Part shown: positions 28,287-38,272 of the stretch, piece by piece
Position numbering within the stretch: the stretch's first letter is position 1
Layout: every line of letters begins with the position of its first letter
From: Candidatus Nanohalarchaeota archaeon
Lineage (GTDB): Archaea > Nanohalarchaeota > Nanosalinia > Nanosalinales > Nanosalinaceae
Assembly (NCBI GenBank): GCA_022729235.1
Contig: JALDAJ010000001.1
Coordinates: forward strand, 352,001-416,000
DNA: 64,000 nt
Reading direction: 5' to 3'
Notes under the pieces: generated by a model
The model's input: only the letters and a program-made list of their open reading frames with translations
The model's database searches: none
Told to the model about the DNA's origin: nothing
Translations under genes and position numbers: made by a program

Positions 28287-29185
28287 TGTCTCTCACCCAC
28301 GATAACATAATGCGGTGCGAAGAACCCTAGAAACCAGGAAGGCAGTAACGAAAACATTTTTGCACCTACACCCTGTTTCCGGTTCTCCGGCACGAACACG
28401 TTGCTGAAGAAGTACCTTAGTTTTTCCAGCGGCACCATGAAGCGCGGGAACCTGTAGCTCCTCAAGGGCGCATAGAACTTGACGTTTTCAAAACCTGATT
28501 CCTCCAAGAGTTCCTCGTAACCTTTTCTCGAATGCGTATAAACCTCGTAACCTCCTTTACCTCTCAGTTTAGAGTAAGCGTTAGCGAGCTTTCTCGGCAA
28601 CAGGTTAGTCCCCCAGAGACCGTTGTGGTCCTTCCAGCCCAGGAAGTACTGGGCGCCGAAACGGTTCTCGATACCGATCACAACCTTCCCGCCCTCATCC
28701 AGCTGGTCGTTCACGTGCTCTAGAAACTCTCTCTGGCTCTCCCTCGGATCTTCACTGTTCGTAGAAACCGGTATCCACTCCAGAACACCTACCATGTAGG
28801 CGGCGTCGAAATTATCGTCGAAATCCATCTCCGCGGCGTTTCCCGCCACTACTTCAACGTTCTCTCTCCCTTCATCTTCAGCTCTTAGCTCCGTTAATTC
28901 GGCGCACTTCTCGTTCACGTCGACCGCCGTGACCCTGTCGCAGATATCGGAAAGCTTCATAGAAAGCGCGCCGTAACCACAGCCGACTTCGAGTACGCGG
29001 TCGCAGTCATCGACCGCGAAGGCGAGGTAGCTGTCTATCAAACCATTATTGAACCTGTTAAGAAACCCTGGAAACTCCTTTCTACAATCACTTAGTGCTT
29101 CCGATAAACCATCCCTCCTAGCCTTTTCTATAAAATCTCCTAGAAAATCCTTCCCCGCCAGACCATAACGCTCAGACATAAACAA
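28283..29185 (-). CDS. Class I SAM-dependent methyltransferase
   Basis: VLEVGCGYG, AVD, GVLEW, IGIENRFG. Confidence 0.9.
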   Translation of the reverse strand: MFMSERYGLAGKDFLGDFIEKARRDGLSEALSDCRKEFPGFLNRFNNGLIDSYLAFAVDDCDRVLEVGCGYGALSMKLSDICDRVTAVDVNEKCAELTELRAEDEGRENVEVVAGNAAEMDFDDNFDAAYMVGVLEWIPVSTNSEDPRESQREFLEHVNDQLDEGGKVVIGIENRFGAQYFLGWKDHNGLWGTNLLPRKLANAYSKLRGKGGYEVYTHSRKGYEELLEESGFENVKFYAPLRSYRFPRFMVPLEKLRYFFSNVFVPENRKQGVGAKMFSLLPSWFLGFFAPHYVIVGERQ

Positions 29186-29214
29186 AACTTAGAACCCGGG
29201 ATTTGTATAGGCTT

Positions 29215-29940
29215 TCAGTCCCTGAGATCGTACTCCCTGTTAGCCTCTCTCAATCTTTCCGGAGTACCAACATCTATCCTGTCTCCCTTTATCTCCCTGT
29301 AACCGACTTTCTCTCCGTCCTCCCTCATCTTATCGATCGCGTCAGTTAACTGGTATTCTCCACCGGCACCCGTGCCTATCTTCTCTATAGCGTCAAATAT
29401 CGAGGGCTCGAAAACGTACATCCCCGAGATAGCTAAATCCGAAGGCGCCTCACCTTCAGATGGTTTCTCGACTAGACCATTAACGATACCGTCCTCACCA
29501 TCTATAACACCGTAGGAAGTTACATCGTCTGGGCAGAAAGCTCCAATCGTCGCCTCAAGACCGTTTTCCTGGTGGAAATCGACCAGGTCGGGCATCGCTC
29601 TCTTGTCATCCACGTAGTTGTCGCCGAGGATGACCGCAAAAGTTTCGTCACCTATAACGTGTTCCCCTGCTTTAACCGCGCCCGCGAGACCGTCCCTATC
29701 GTCCTGGACCACGTATGTCAGCTGTACTCCCAGTTCTTCACCGGAACCGAGATAATCGATTATAGCGTGCTGTTTCCAGCCGACAACGATAGTAATATCG
29801 GTTATACCCGCTTCCTTCATGTCTTCTATAGCGTGGTGGATAACGGCTTTCTCTCCAACCGGTAGAAGTTCCTTGGGGTAAGCATTGGTAAACGGCTCCA
29901 TGCGCGTGCCCTTACCCGCCGCAGGAATCAGACCCTTCAT
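29215..29940 (-). CDS. Sugar-1-phosphate nucleotidyltransferase (AglF/RmlA/GalU-like)
   Basis: IPAAGKGTRMEP..PKELLPV, EKP, GEYQLTDAI. Confidence 0.92.
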   Translation of the reverse strand: MKGLIPAAGKGTRMEPFTNAYPKELLPVGEKAVIHHAIEDMKEAGITDITIVVGWKQHAIIDYLGSGEELGVQLTYVVQDDRDGLAGAVKAGEHVIGDETFAVILGDNYVDDKRAMPDLVDFHQENGLEATIGAFCPDDVTSYGVIDGEDGIVNGLVEKPSEGEAPSDLAISGMYVFEPSIFDAIEKIGTGAGGEYQLTDAIDKMREDGEKVGYREIKGDRIDVGTPERLREANREYDLRD

Positions 29941-30051
29941 CAGTTGAAATTCAGGTCGAGAATCTTTTATGGTTAGTCATAGACGTAGTCCTGGAAGATA
30001 CATAGAACTATAGCCGTTAGAGATAAAAGTATCACGATAGTATAGAGATTT

Positions 30052-30252
30052 ATGACATCGAAGTCTGTTCCCACGAAATTCCCTGAAAAAATGCTAGAAG
30101 AACTCAATGAAGCGGTAGAAGAAGGATGGTATGCGAACAGGTCAGAGCTTGTTAGAGACGCTGTAAGAGAGAGGTTACGGGAGCTGAAGTCAGAAAGACT
30201 GGAAGAAGCCATCAAGGAAGACGTGGAATGGGGTCTGAAAAGTGATCGATGA
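30052..30252 (+). CDS. RHH antitoxin
   Basis: VEEGWYANRSELVRDAVR; overlaps the PIN gene. Confidence 0.85.
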   Translation: MTSKSVPTKFPEKMLEELNEAVEEGWYANRSELVRDAVRERLRELKSERLEEAIKEDVEWGLKSDR

Positions 30253-30724
30253 AGCTGTTCTGGACGCCGGACCAGTTATACATCTAGAGCAGATAGAAAG
30301 CCTGGAGCTGCTGGATTTTATCGGAAAGATGTACGTTTCTGGAGAAGTGGCGGATGAGATAGGAAAAGGCATTACAGAACAAATCAACGTGGTGGAAAAA
30401 CCGCTCGAAGGAGAAGCAAAAGACAACGCAAAATACCTCAGCAACAAGTACAACATAGAACTCGGTGAGGCAACCGCGATATCGCTCTGCCAGCAAAAAG
30501 GTGTAAAGATACTATTTACAGACGACCTAAACGCAAGAAAAGTCGCGGAGAGAGTCGGTCTGGAGCCTCACGGGACACTAGCCATAGTCACAAGAGCCTA
30601 CTCCGAAGGTATAATAGAGGAAGAGAAAGCAAAGACAGTGATCGAACAACTACGGAAAGACTCCCGCCTCTTCCTAACATCAGACCTTGTAAGATGGGCG
30701 AAAGAAAGGATAGAAAAACACTGA
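30242..30724 (+). CDS. PIN-domain toxin (DUF3368-like)
   Basis: VLDAGPVIHL, GEATAI, TDDLNAR, HGTL. Confidence 0.85.
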   Translation: MIDEAVLDAGPVIHLEQIESLELLDFIGKMYVSGEVADEIGKGITEQINVVEKPLEGEAKDNAKYLSNKYNIELGEATAISLCQQKGVKILFTDDLNARKVAERVGLEPHGTLAIVTRAYSEGIIEEEKAKTVIEQLRKDSRLFLTSDLVRWAKERIEKH

Positions 30725-30774
30725 AAAGTTCGAAGTCCCATATCGCATAACCAACAACCACCATGTTAGATTTT

Positions 30775-30799
30775 TCTATCAAATGATAGATTTTTATAA
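30775..30799 (+). promoter_or_regulatory. Palindrome TCTATCA-aa-TGATAGA adjacent to a TATA-like box of the MNT-HEPN operon
   Basis: Perfect 7-bp inverted repeat at 30775-30790 followed by TTTTATAA. Confidence 0.5.
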
Positions 30800-30820
30800 C
30801 ACCAGATATAATTTTTGAAC

Positions 30821-31342
30821 ATGTACAGCGAGAACAAGCTGAAAGTGTTAGAACAGTTCTTTGAGAGACCGACGCACAGGTTCCAGCTCAGGGAGTTATC
30901 CAGAGCGTCAGATGTATCTCTGCCATCGGTCAAGAACTACATCGAGGAATTCATGGAACAGAGCCTCGTTGAACGCGATGAGGACGGAGTATACCCTGGA
31001 TACTCGGCATCCATGAACCAGAAATTCAAGCTTGAGAAAAAACTCTACACAGTCCGGAAGCTCCACAAAACAGGACTGATCGATAAAATCGTCGATGAAG
31101 TAACACCTGATGCAGTAGTGCTTTTCGGCTCAGCGGCAAAAGGAGAGGACATAGAACAGAGCGATATCGACATACTGGCAGTTTCCTCCGAAAAACAGAT
31201 ACATCTAGAGGAGTTCGAAGAAGAGTTAAACAGGGAGATAAACGTTACATTCGTGAAGACAGAGGAGCTGAAAAAGAACGAAGAGTTCGCGAACAGCGTC
31301 GCGAACGGCATAGTACTAGACGGATACCTGGTGGTCAGATGA
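30821..31342 (+). CDS. HTH-fused minimal nucleotidyltransferase (MNT antitoxin)
   Basis: LRELSR..VSLPSV HTH; LFGSAAKGEDIEQSDIDI. Confidence 0.9.
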   Translation: MYSENKLKVLEQFFERPTHRFQLRELSRASDVSLPSVKNYIEEFMEQSLVERDEDGVYPGYSASMNQKFKLEKKLYTVRKLHKTGLIDKIVDEVTPDAVVLFGSAAKGEDIEQSDIDILAVSSEKQIHLEEFEEELNREINVTFVKTEELKKNEEFANSVANGIVLDGYLVVR

Positions 31343-31770
31343 ACTGGGGAGAATGCAAGGGAGAGAAAGTATTCGAAAGACAGGTCAACCCGGAGGAAGC
31401 CAGATCGCTCCTGAAAATGGCAAGGCTAAGGAAAAAAGATAATGAAAGAAGGGAAGTCAGGGACGAAAACGTATCACTGATAATCGAAAGCCACTGGGAA
31501 ACGATCAAACAACTCTCCACAGGACTCCTGATACTCGAAGGCTACAAATCATACTCACAGGAATGCCTCATAGAATTCCTGAAAGAGTTCCACGAAATAC
31601 CGGAAAAAGACATCCAGAAGATGAACCAGGTCAGAAAACTCAGGAACGACATCGACTACCGCGGAAAATTCCTCGACCAGGACTACCTCGAAAGAAACCA
31701 GGAACAGATACACAACATAATCCACAAACTCGAACAAAAACTCGAAACCAAGCTTGAAGATGATACCTAG
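31339..31770 (+). CDS. HEPN-domain protein (MNT-HEPN pair)
   Basis: EGYKSYS, RKLRNDIDY; ATGA overlap with MNT. Confidence 0.8.
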   Translation: MNWGECKGEKVFERQVNPEEARSLLKMARLRKKDNERREVRDENVSLIIESHWETIKQLSTGLLILEGYKSYSQECLIEFLKEFHEIPEKDIQKMNQVRKLRNDIDYRGKFLDQDYLERNQEQIHNIIHKLEQKLETKLEDDT

Positions 31771-31849
31771 CGTTCTCTATTATTTTCCAACCCTCTAATG
31801 TTCAAACAGAAACCAACATAGTTAAAACAAAACAAATTACCAACAAAAC

Positions 31850-34558
31850 ATGGAAATCTCGATAATAGGAACCGGATACGTAGGTCTTCCGGCAGGCGCC
31901 GGACTAGCTAAACACGGACATAACGTGCGGTGTGTCGATATCGACGAGGAGAAAGTCGAGAAGATCAATAAAGGTGAATGCCCGATCTTCGAGGAAGGTT
32001 TGCCTGAACTTCTAGAAGAAGTAGTGAGCGAAGGAAAACTGGAAGCCACAACAGATACTGGAAAAGCGGTTAAGGAGTCTGACATAACGTTTCTCGCGGT
32101 CGGAACACCGATGCGCGAGGACGGAAGTATCAACCTCGACTACATCAAGCAGGCGGCGGAAGACATCGCAGAAGGGTTGAAAGAAAAAGAGGATTACCAC
32201 GTTATCGTTGTGAAAAGCACCGTTGTGCCGACAACCACTGAAGAGGAGATTATTCCTGTACTCGAAGAAGTTTCAGGGAAGAAAGCTGGCGAGGACTTCG
32301 GCGTCTGCATGAACCCCGAGTTCCTCAGAGAAGGTACAGCGTTAAACGACTTCCTGGAACCTGACAGGATAGTAATAGGCGAACTAGACGGCAAATCAGG
32401 GGAAACTCTAGAACAGATTTACGAAGATTTCGATGCACCGGTGATGCGGACATCACTGAAGGCAGCAGAGTTAATCAAGTACGCTTCGAACTCATTGCTC
32501 GCGACCAAAGTATCCTTCATCAACGAGGTCGGCAACCTATGCAAGGAACTCGGAATCGATGTCTACGAGATCGCGGACGGTGTCGGGATGGACCACCGGA
32601 TAGAGAGAAAGTTCCTGAACAGTGGTGCAGGCTTCGGCGGGAGCTGTCTCACAGGCGACCAGGAGATACTAGTCAAAGAAGATGGCCAGACGCGCCTTGT
32701 CAGAATAGAAGAGTTCTTCGAGGAGAAAAAAGGAGAAAGTCCAGAAGGAGATATCAAGGCTATCAGCTGTAACGATGAAGGCGAGTTTGAATTCAAGCCT
32801 ATCCAGAAAGCTACTTCGAGAGACTACCAAGACGAGATATACACGATAAAAACCAGTATGAATAAAGAAGTGGAAGTCACGAAAGACCATCCTATGCTTG
32901 TCGTTGAGGACGGAAATCTGGAACTAAAGAAGGCAGAAGAAGTTGAGAAAGGAGACCGCATCCCTGTCTTATCAGAGATACCAGAAGACTCTATAGAATA
33001 CTTCGATCTTCTGGAGATAATATCTAACTCAGATGAGTTCAAAAACGATGAAGTATACCTGAAACCAAGTTTCGAGATTGAAGAGATAGAAAAGGAATTA
33101 CGGGAATACCTAGAAGGATACAACCAAAAATTCAGTTACGACAAGATCCGTGATTTCAGAAGAGGCAATTACATTCCTTTAGATGCGTTCCTGAAAGTAG
33201 AGAAAGAACTAGAACTCAAGCGTTCTGACTTCCGGATATACACATCAAAAGGAGCAACTACATATATTCCTGCGGTAATCTATACAGACCAGGATTTCTG
33301 GAGATTCATAGGCTACTACCTGAGCGAAGGCCACATCAACGAGGATAATTCAGGACATGGTCCCCGAGCCAGAGAGAGGATAATGCTGAGCTTCCATCCA
33401 GAAGACGAGCAGGAGTACGTCGAGGACGTGGAAGAGTATCTCGAGCAGCTCGGTATCAAGCACAGGACGGACTCCAAGGAGACAAGCACCCAGATATGCT
33501 TCTCAAGCCGTGCCTTCTCGTACTTCCTCCGGTGGCTTGGCTGCGGAACCGGCTCATACTCTGCCCAGATACCAGATATTGCCTATCAGGAGACAGAGGA
33601 AAACCGGAAAGCACTGCTGTCAGGACTCTTCAGGGGAGACGGATACATAGAATACACCAACCACTCCAACGCAGTAGTATACGACTACGGATCGGTGAGC
33701 GAAGAACTGATTCAGGGAATGAAACATCTGCTCCACAGCCTAGGTATAGTACCAAGCTACAAGGTATCAGAGTCCTCAAAATCAACCAAACCCGCGCATT
33801 TCATCCGAGTATCATCCAAACCACAGGTAGAGAAACTCCAAGAAATGTTTCTTGAAGGAGAAAGACAAAAAATAACCCAGCGACTGGATTCCTACGACAA
33901 AGAAATCAGACCTACTGGACACAAGAAAGACACCGACTTTACAACGGTCAAGGTGAAAGAGATCAGGAAAGAGAAAAGAGACACGGAAGTATACTCCCTA
34001 GAAGTCAAGGACACCCACAACTTCGTGACCACAGACGGACTGGTAGTCCACAACTGCTTCCCAAAAGATGTCCGCGCGCTGATATCCTTCATGGAGGAAA
34101 ACAGTATCGAACCTCGTATACTTCAGTCAACGATCGACGTCAATACAGATCAGAAGACAAAGCTCGTTGAATTACTAGAAAAACGTGTTGACGCTATCGA
34201 AGGAAAAACCGTAGCAGTACTAGGATTAGCATTCAAGCCAGGAACCGACGACGTCAGGAAAAGTCCGGCGATACCGATAATCCAGGAACTCAAAGACAAA
34301 GGCGCGGAAGTCAAAGCGTACGACCCGGAAGCCATGGAAAACATGAAAGAAAAGCACCATCCTAACATCGATTACTACGATACCTACCAGGAAGCGCTGG
34401 AAAACACAGATGCCGCTTTAATCGTCACGGACTGGGAAGAGTTCGACCAGATTACCAGAGAAGACATCAAGACCATGAACAACCAGCTCATCCTCGAAGG
34501 CATGAAAACCAACCATAATCTCCCTGAAGACAAAATAGAAGGGATTACTTGGTCATGA
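31850..34558 (+). CDS. aglM: UDP-glucose 6-dehydrogenase (AglM-like) with intein
   Basis: GTGYVGL, KSTV, NPEFLREG, GFGGS|...|CFPKD, GLAFKPGTDD. Confidence 0.93.
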   Translation: MEISIIGTGYVGLPAGAGLAKHGHNVRCVDIDEEKVEKINKGECPIFEEGLPELLEEVVSEGKLEATTDTGKAVKESDITFLAVGTPMREDGSINLDYIKQAAEDIAEGLKEKEDYHVIVVKSTVVPTTTEEEIIPVLEEVSGKKAGEDFGVCMNPEFLREGTALNDFLEPDRIVIGELDGKSGETLEQIYEDFDAPVMRTSLKAAELIKYASNSLLATKVSFINEVGNLCKELGIDVYEIADGVGMDHRIERKFLNSGAGFGGSCLTGDQEILVKEDGQTRLVRIEEFFEEKKGESPEGDIKAISCNDEGEFEFKPIQKATSRDYQDEIYTIKTSMNKEVEVTKDHPMLVVEDGNLELKKAEEVEKGDRIPVLSEIPEDSIEYFDLLEIISNSDEFKNDEVYLKPSFEIEEIEKELREYLEGYNQKFSYDKIRDFRRGNYIPLDAFLKVEKELELKRSDFRIYTSKGATTYIPAVIYTDQDFWRFIGYYLSEGHINEDNSGHGPRARERIMLSFHPEDEQEYVEDVEEYLEQLGIKHRTDSKETSTQICFSSRAFSYFLRWLGCGTGSYSAQIPDIAYQETEENRKALLSGLFRGDGYIEYTNHSNAVVYDYGSVSEELIQGMKHLLHSLGIVPSYKVSESSKSTKPAHFIRVSSKPQVEKLQEMFLEGERQKITQRLDSYDKEIRPTGHKKDTDFTTVKVKEIRKEKRDTEVYSLEVKDTHNFVTTDGLVVHNCFPKDVRALISFMEENSIEPRILQSTIDVNTDQKTKLVELLEKRVDAIEGKTVAVLGLAFKPGTDDVRKSPAIPIIQELKDKGAEVKAYDPEAMENMKEKHHPNIDYYDTYQEALENTDAALIVTDWEEFDQITREDIKTMNNQLILEGMKTNHNLPEDKIEGITWS
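32645..34054 (+). mobile_element. Intein with LAGLIDADG homing endonuclease (470 aa) in UDP-glucose dehydrogenase
   Basis: Starts CLTGDQ, block B TKDHP, FIGYYLSEG, LSGLFRGDG, ends VVHN followed by Cys. Confidence 0.95.
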
Positions 34559-34577
34559 TAGTAAGTTAAGACGAAGT

Positions 34578-35411
34578 TCAGTCTTCCTTGAAAGCTGTAA
34601 ACCATCCGATCTTGTCTTCATAGCCAAACTTTTGGCGATTTCTGACCTCAAAGGTGTGTACCTCGTAGCCCTTGCTGTCTAGAATATCTTTAAGTTTTTC
34701 TTCATCATACTCAAAAGATAATCTTCCCTGTCCTTCGCCCGCCCCATGATGTTCAACTATAATTATTTCAGGACTTGAAGATAAGTTCTCTAATAAATTG
34801 AATTCACACCCATCACAGTCTATAGCTAAAACGTCATCTGCTTCAAGATCGGAAGAATCTAAATACTCATCCGTAAGTTCAGATTCCCCCTGTAATTGTT
34901 TTACATCACACCCCACCACTCTATTTCTGACATCAATAATTTCTGAAACATCGTTCAGTTCTGCAACATCTCGAACTCTTTCCGCTCCTTTTTTTGTAGC
35001 CTCATAAGTAACAACTAATCCTTGTTCTCCTGTAAGCTTCGCTGCGGCTATGCTAGAGACGCCATACCAACCTCCAACAACTATGACCTTATCTCCCTCT
35101 GAAACATTACTTCTAATTAACTCGGTGTAGTTCTCTTCATAACTAGGTTTGTCTCTATAGATGCCTAAAATACCGTCTGCCGGCTTACGTCTTCTTATCT
35201 TTACATTGTTGTATGTCTGATAACCAGTGTAGGGCAGAATTCTTCTAATAGAGTTCTTCCAGATAAAGACGAAACAGTAACTAGCTAACCTTACTATGTA
35301 TTTGTAGGTTCTAAAGATGAGAAGGGTTATTCCGCCTTCATTTAGCGCCTTTCTTATTTTGTCTATTTTGAAGTATGTATGGAATTTATCAAGCATGCTG
35401 AATATATGCAT
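34578..35411 (-). CDS. FkbM-like methyltransferase
   Basis: VIVVGGWYGVSS, YEA, LAIDCDGCE, IIVEHH. Confidence 0.75.
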   Translation of the reverse strand: MHIFSMLDKFHTYFKIDKIRKALNEGGITLLIFRTYKYIVRLASYCFVFIWKNSIRRILPYTGYQTYNNVKIRRRKPADGILGIYRDKPSYEENYTELIRSNVSEGDKVIVVGGWYGVSSIAAAKLTGEQGLVVTYEATKKGAERVRDVAELNDVSEIIDVRNRVVGCDVKQLQGESELTDEYLDSSDLEADDVLAIDCDGCEFNLLENLSSSPEIIIVEHHGAGEGQGRLSFEYDEEKLKDILDSKGYEVHTFEVRNRQKFGYEDKIGWFTAFKED

Positions 35412-35430
35412 ATAACAACAAGCTAGCTTT

Positions 35431-36327
35431 ATGAAAGATACTGCTCTAGTCGGAGTCGGTAGATGGGGGAAGAATGTTCTCCGTAATCTGGATCATTTAT
35501 CGGATGTTTCTGTCTGCTGTCATAAGGGAGAGAAGGAGAACAGAGAGTTCATGGAGAAAAACTATCCTGAAATAGAAATGACAACTGATCTGAAGGATAT
35601 CCTTGAGGACGATTCAATCGATGCAGTCGCGGTTGCAACTCCGCCTGAAACTCATTTCGATATAGTCAAGCAAGTCTTGGAAAGCGGTAAGGATATATAT
35701 GTGGAAAAGCCGATGACGACGTCAGTTGAAAAATCAGAGAAGCTTGTAGAGCTATCCGATAAAACAGGAAATACTGTTTTCGTAGGTTACATATTCCTTT
35801 ATCATCCTGTCTTCAATAAGGTTCGAGAAATCCACAAGTCAGAGATTATAACCTCTATTAGAGCGGGCTGGAGGAAGACCGGCAGTTTCAGCGATAAGAT
35901 AACTCGCACCTTGACCTGCCACGATCTTTCGATCGTTTACCAGCTTTTCCAGCAGACACCTGAGAAATGCACCGTCACTTCGCAACATAGAACAGGAGAC
36001 CGTACAGATATTCTTGACGTCCAACTTGAGTTTGATAAAGGAAAATTACACGGAAGCTACAACAGAATTTTCCCTCAAAAGAGAAAGTCGATGACTTTCG
36101 AAACACAGGAAGGCAATTTCTACAACTGGACAGAGAATACTCTTTCAAAATTTAACGAAGAAGATAGAGAGTTCAAGGTCATATTTGAATCAACAAAAGA
36201 ACCTCTGAAACAAGAGATAGAAGCTTTCCTCAAATGTGTAGAAAAAGGCGAAAACCCAATAACTGACGCATCATTCGGGAATGAAATCGACTTAATCATC
36301 AACGAGATTGAGTCGCAGTTACACTAA
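35431..36327 (+). CDS. Gfo/Idh/MocA oxidoreductase
   Basis: GVGRWG, VATPPETH, VEKPM, HDLS. Confidence 0.9.
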   Translation: MKDTALVGVGRWGKNVLRNLDHLSDVSVCCHKGEKENREFMEKNYPEIEMTTDLKDILEDDSIDAVAVATPPETHFDIVKQVLESGKDIYVEKPMTTSVEKSEKLVELSDKTGNTVFVGYIFLYHPVFNKVREIHKSEIITSIRAGWRKTGSFSDKITRTLTCHDLSIVYQLFQQTPEKCTVTSQHRTGDRTDILDVQLEFDKGKLHGSYNRIFPQKRKSMTFETQEGNFYNWTENTLSKFNEEDREFKVIFESTKEPLKQEIEAFLKCVEKGENPITDASFGNEIDLIINEIESQLH

Positions 36328-37375
36328 GTTCCTTGATTTCCTGAGTAATTATATCTCCTGCCTTAACGCAGGCACTTAATTTGCCGGAGAATACCCTGAA
36401 GACATTACCTTCCCTGTCAACGAGGGTCGGTCTAGCATCAGTATCCTCTCTATCCGGCAAAGTAGTCCTGAAGGTATACATCGAACCTACATGTTCTGCA
36501 TCTGTAAGACCAGGTATGAATTCAGAACCGTGAGACTTGAACTCGTCTATATTCGTTACCTCAGGGTTCTCTACAACACCATTGTCCAGAAGGTCTTCAT
36601 ACTCCGACGGGATCTCCGGGACCTCACCTATCTGAGTATCGTGGATACATTTGATTACGTTTCCGAGCAGGAATTTATCTCCATCCTTATAGGGATCAAA
36701 ACACATGAAAGGTCCATCCATTACAACCAAGCTTTTACCCTCAAATTTTTCTGAAAGCTGAACAACAGGCTTCTCCACCAGTTCAAACTTATAGTCTCTA
36801 CGTAGACCTGAATCTTCATCGAATATCCAGTTGCTGTTGGCATAGGTCGCCACAACCACGTAATCGAAATCATCAAGTTCATCAACAGAGTCGATTCTAT
36901 GACCTGTTCTCACATCCACATTGTTCTCCTCGAGTCTTCTGAAACATATCTCTTTCAGCTTGTCAGAATCGATCCTATCTTCGTTGACTTTCAGAGTGAG
37001 ATCAACCTTCTCATCTCTAACAATATCCAGGTCGGAACGTCTGTACTCAAGCCCTATCTCGTCGCAATGAGCCATAAATTCTTCCGGAGTAGTTTTTGTA
37101 TCCTCACTGGCTATGCAGTAATAATGTTCATCATCCTCAACAATAGCCTCGCTGTATATCTCACGGAAAATCTTCTGCGTATCTCGGCACGTACGTGAAG
37201 TTTCCTTACTTCGAGGATAGTGGAAACCTTTGTGTAATCTCCACTGATTAACCTTAGAGGCGCTCATCATCAACTCTTCCTCTTTCTCGAAAACAGTCAC
37301 GTCAAAATCTCTAGAAGCCAACCTATTAGCAATATGGATTCCATATAAACCTCCGCCCACAATTGCAACTTTCAT
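36299..37375 (-). CDS. FAD-dependent oxidoreductase
   Basis: VGGGLYG, NQWRLHKGFHYPRS, MDGPF, SGK. Confidence 0.88.
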   Translation of the reverse strand: MKVAIVGGGLYGIHIANRLASRDFDVTVFEKEEELMMSASKVNQWRLHKGFHYPRSKETSRTCRDTQKIFREIYSEAIVEDDEHYYCIASEDTKTTPEEFMAHCDEIGLEYRRSDLDIVRDEKVDLTLKVNEDRIDSDKLKEICFRRLEENNVDVRTGHRIDSVDELDDFDYVVVATYANSNWIFDEDSGLRRDYKFELVEKPVVQLSEKFEGKSLVVMDGPFMCFDPYKDGDKFLLGNVIKCIHDTQIGEVPEIPSEYEDLLDNGVVENPEVTNIDEFKSHGSEFIPGLTDAEHVGSMYTFRTTLPDREDTDARPTLVDREGNVFRVFSGKLSACVKAGDIITQEIKELSVTATQSR

Positions 37376-37378
37376 TAC

Positions 37379-38221
37379 CTAAAACTCCAGAGTCACTAGA
37401 CGCTTAATAGCTTTTCCGAGCGTAGGAATCAAACCATCATTTTTGAAAGAACGCAGGAACCTGTACTTATAAGTTGGCTTTTCACTTAATATTTTTAGAC
37501 TTCCGCTCCTCAAGAGAAACACCCTCATACAAGAAGATTTATTTATTTTTTCGGCAGCCTTCTTAGCATCTACCTTTATCCTATCTCCTATTTCAGAATC
37601 CACCTCAGTCAATCTACCATGAAATATTCTAACTTTGTTACTGACAAATCCTGGCTTGGCAAACCGACAGTTATATTCTGGCGTCAGAGTAGCAACTCTC
37701 AGATCACTTTCATAAATAGCTTTCCTAAAAGAAGGCTGTTCTCTCATCTGACCTTCTCTCCCTTCAGCACGTTCAAGATAAATTTCCCTCCACCTAGATA
37801 GCAACTCTCTAAAACCAGAATTATTCCGATATACAATTACACCGGTATTAAATGTAGAAAAACTTCTTGGAACATCTTCTAACATTTCCTGAAACCTAGC
37901 GGTTTCATGAGCTAGAGCGATATCAAACTCATCGAGCAGGTTAAACAATTCCGAGAAATCCTGATCTACGTAGATATCTGTGTCGAAAAATACAGTTCTA
38001 TCATATGGTGTTCGTTGAAGATGATTTATTTTATTACTCATATTTTTCGCAGAGTCATCGATAATCTTGATATCATCGAACTGATTTGCAGCGAGCCTTT
38101 CCTCATCAGTGATAAGCGTTACATGGGTATCCGGCATTTCGTTCTTCAAAATTTCAACAGATTTATTTGCTTCCTCAATATAGTCCTCTCCTACCGCAAT
38201 ATAGAGAACTCCTTCATCCAT
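37379..38221 (-). CDS. GT-A glycosyltransferase (GT8-like)
   Basis: GVLYIA, FFDTD, FNTGVIVY, EQPSFR, PEYN. Confidence 0.82.
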   Translation of the reverse strand: MDEGVLYIAVGEDYIEEANKSVEILKNEMPDTHVTLITDEERLAANQFDDIKIIDDSAKNMSNKINHLQRTPYDRTVFFDTDIYVDQDFSELFNLLDEFDIALAHETARFQEMLEDVPRSFSTFNTGVIVYRNNSGFRELLSRWREIYLERAEGREGQMREQPSFRKAIYESDLRVATLTPEYNCRFAKPGFVSNKVRIFHGRLTEVDSEIGDRIKVDAKKAAEKINKSSCMRVFLLRSGSLKILSEKPTYKYRFLRSFKNDGLIPTLGKAIKRLVTLEF

Positions 38222-38272
38222 AATTAGAAATATCTTAACTGAAATAAAACTCTTAACTGCAGTTCCAAAAAA

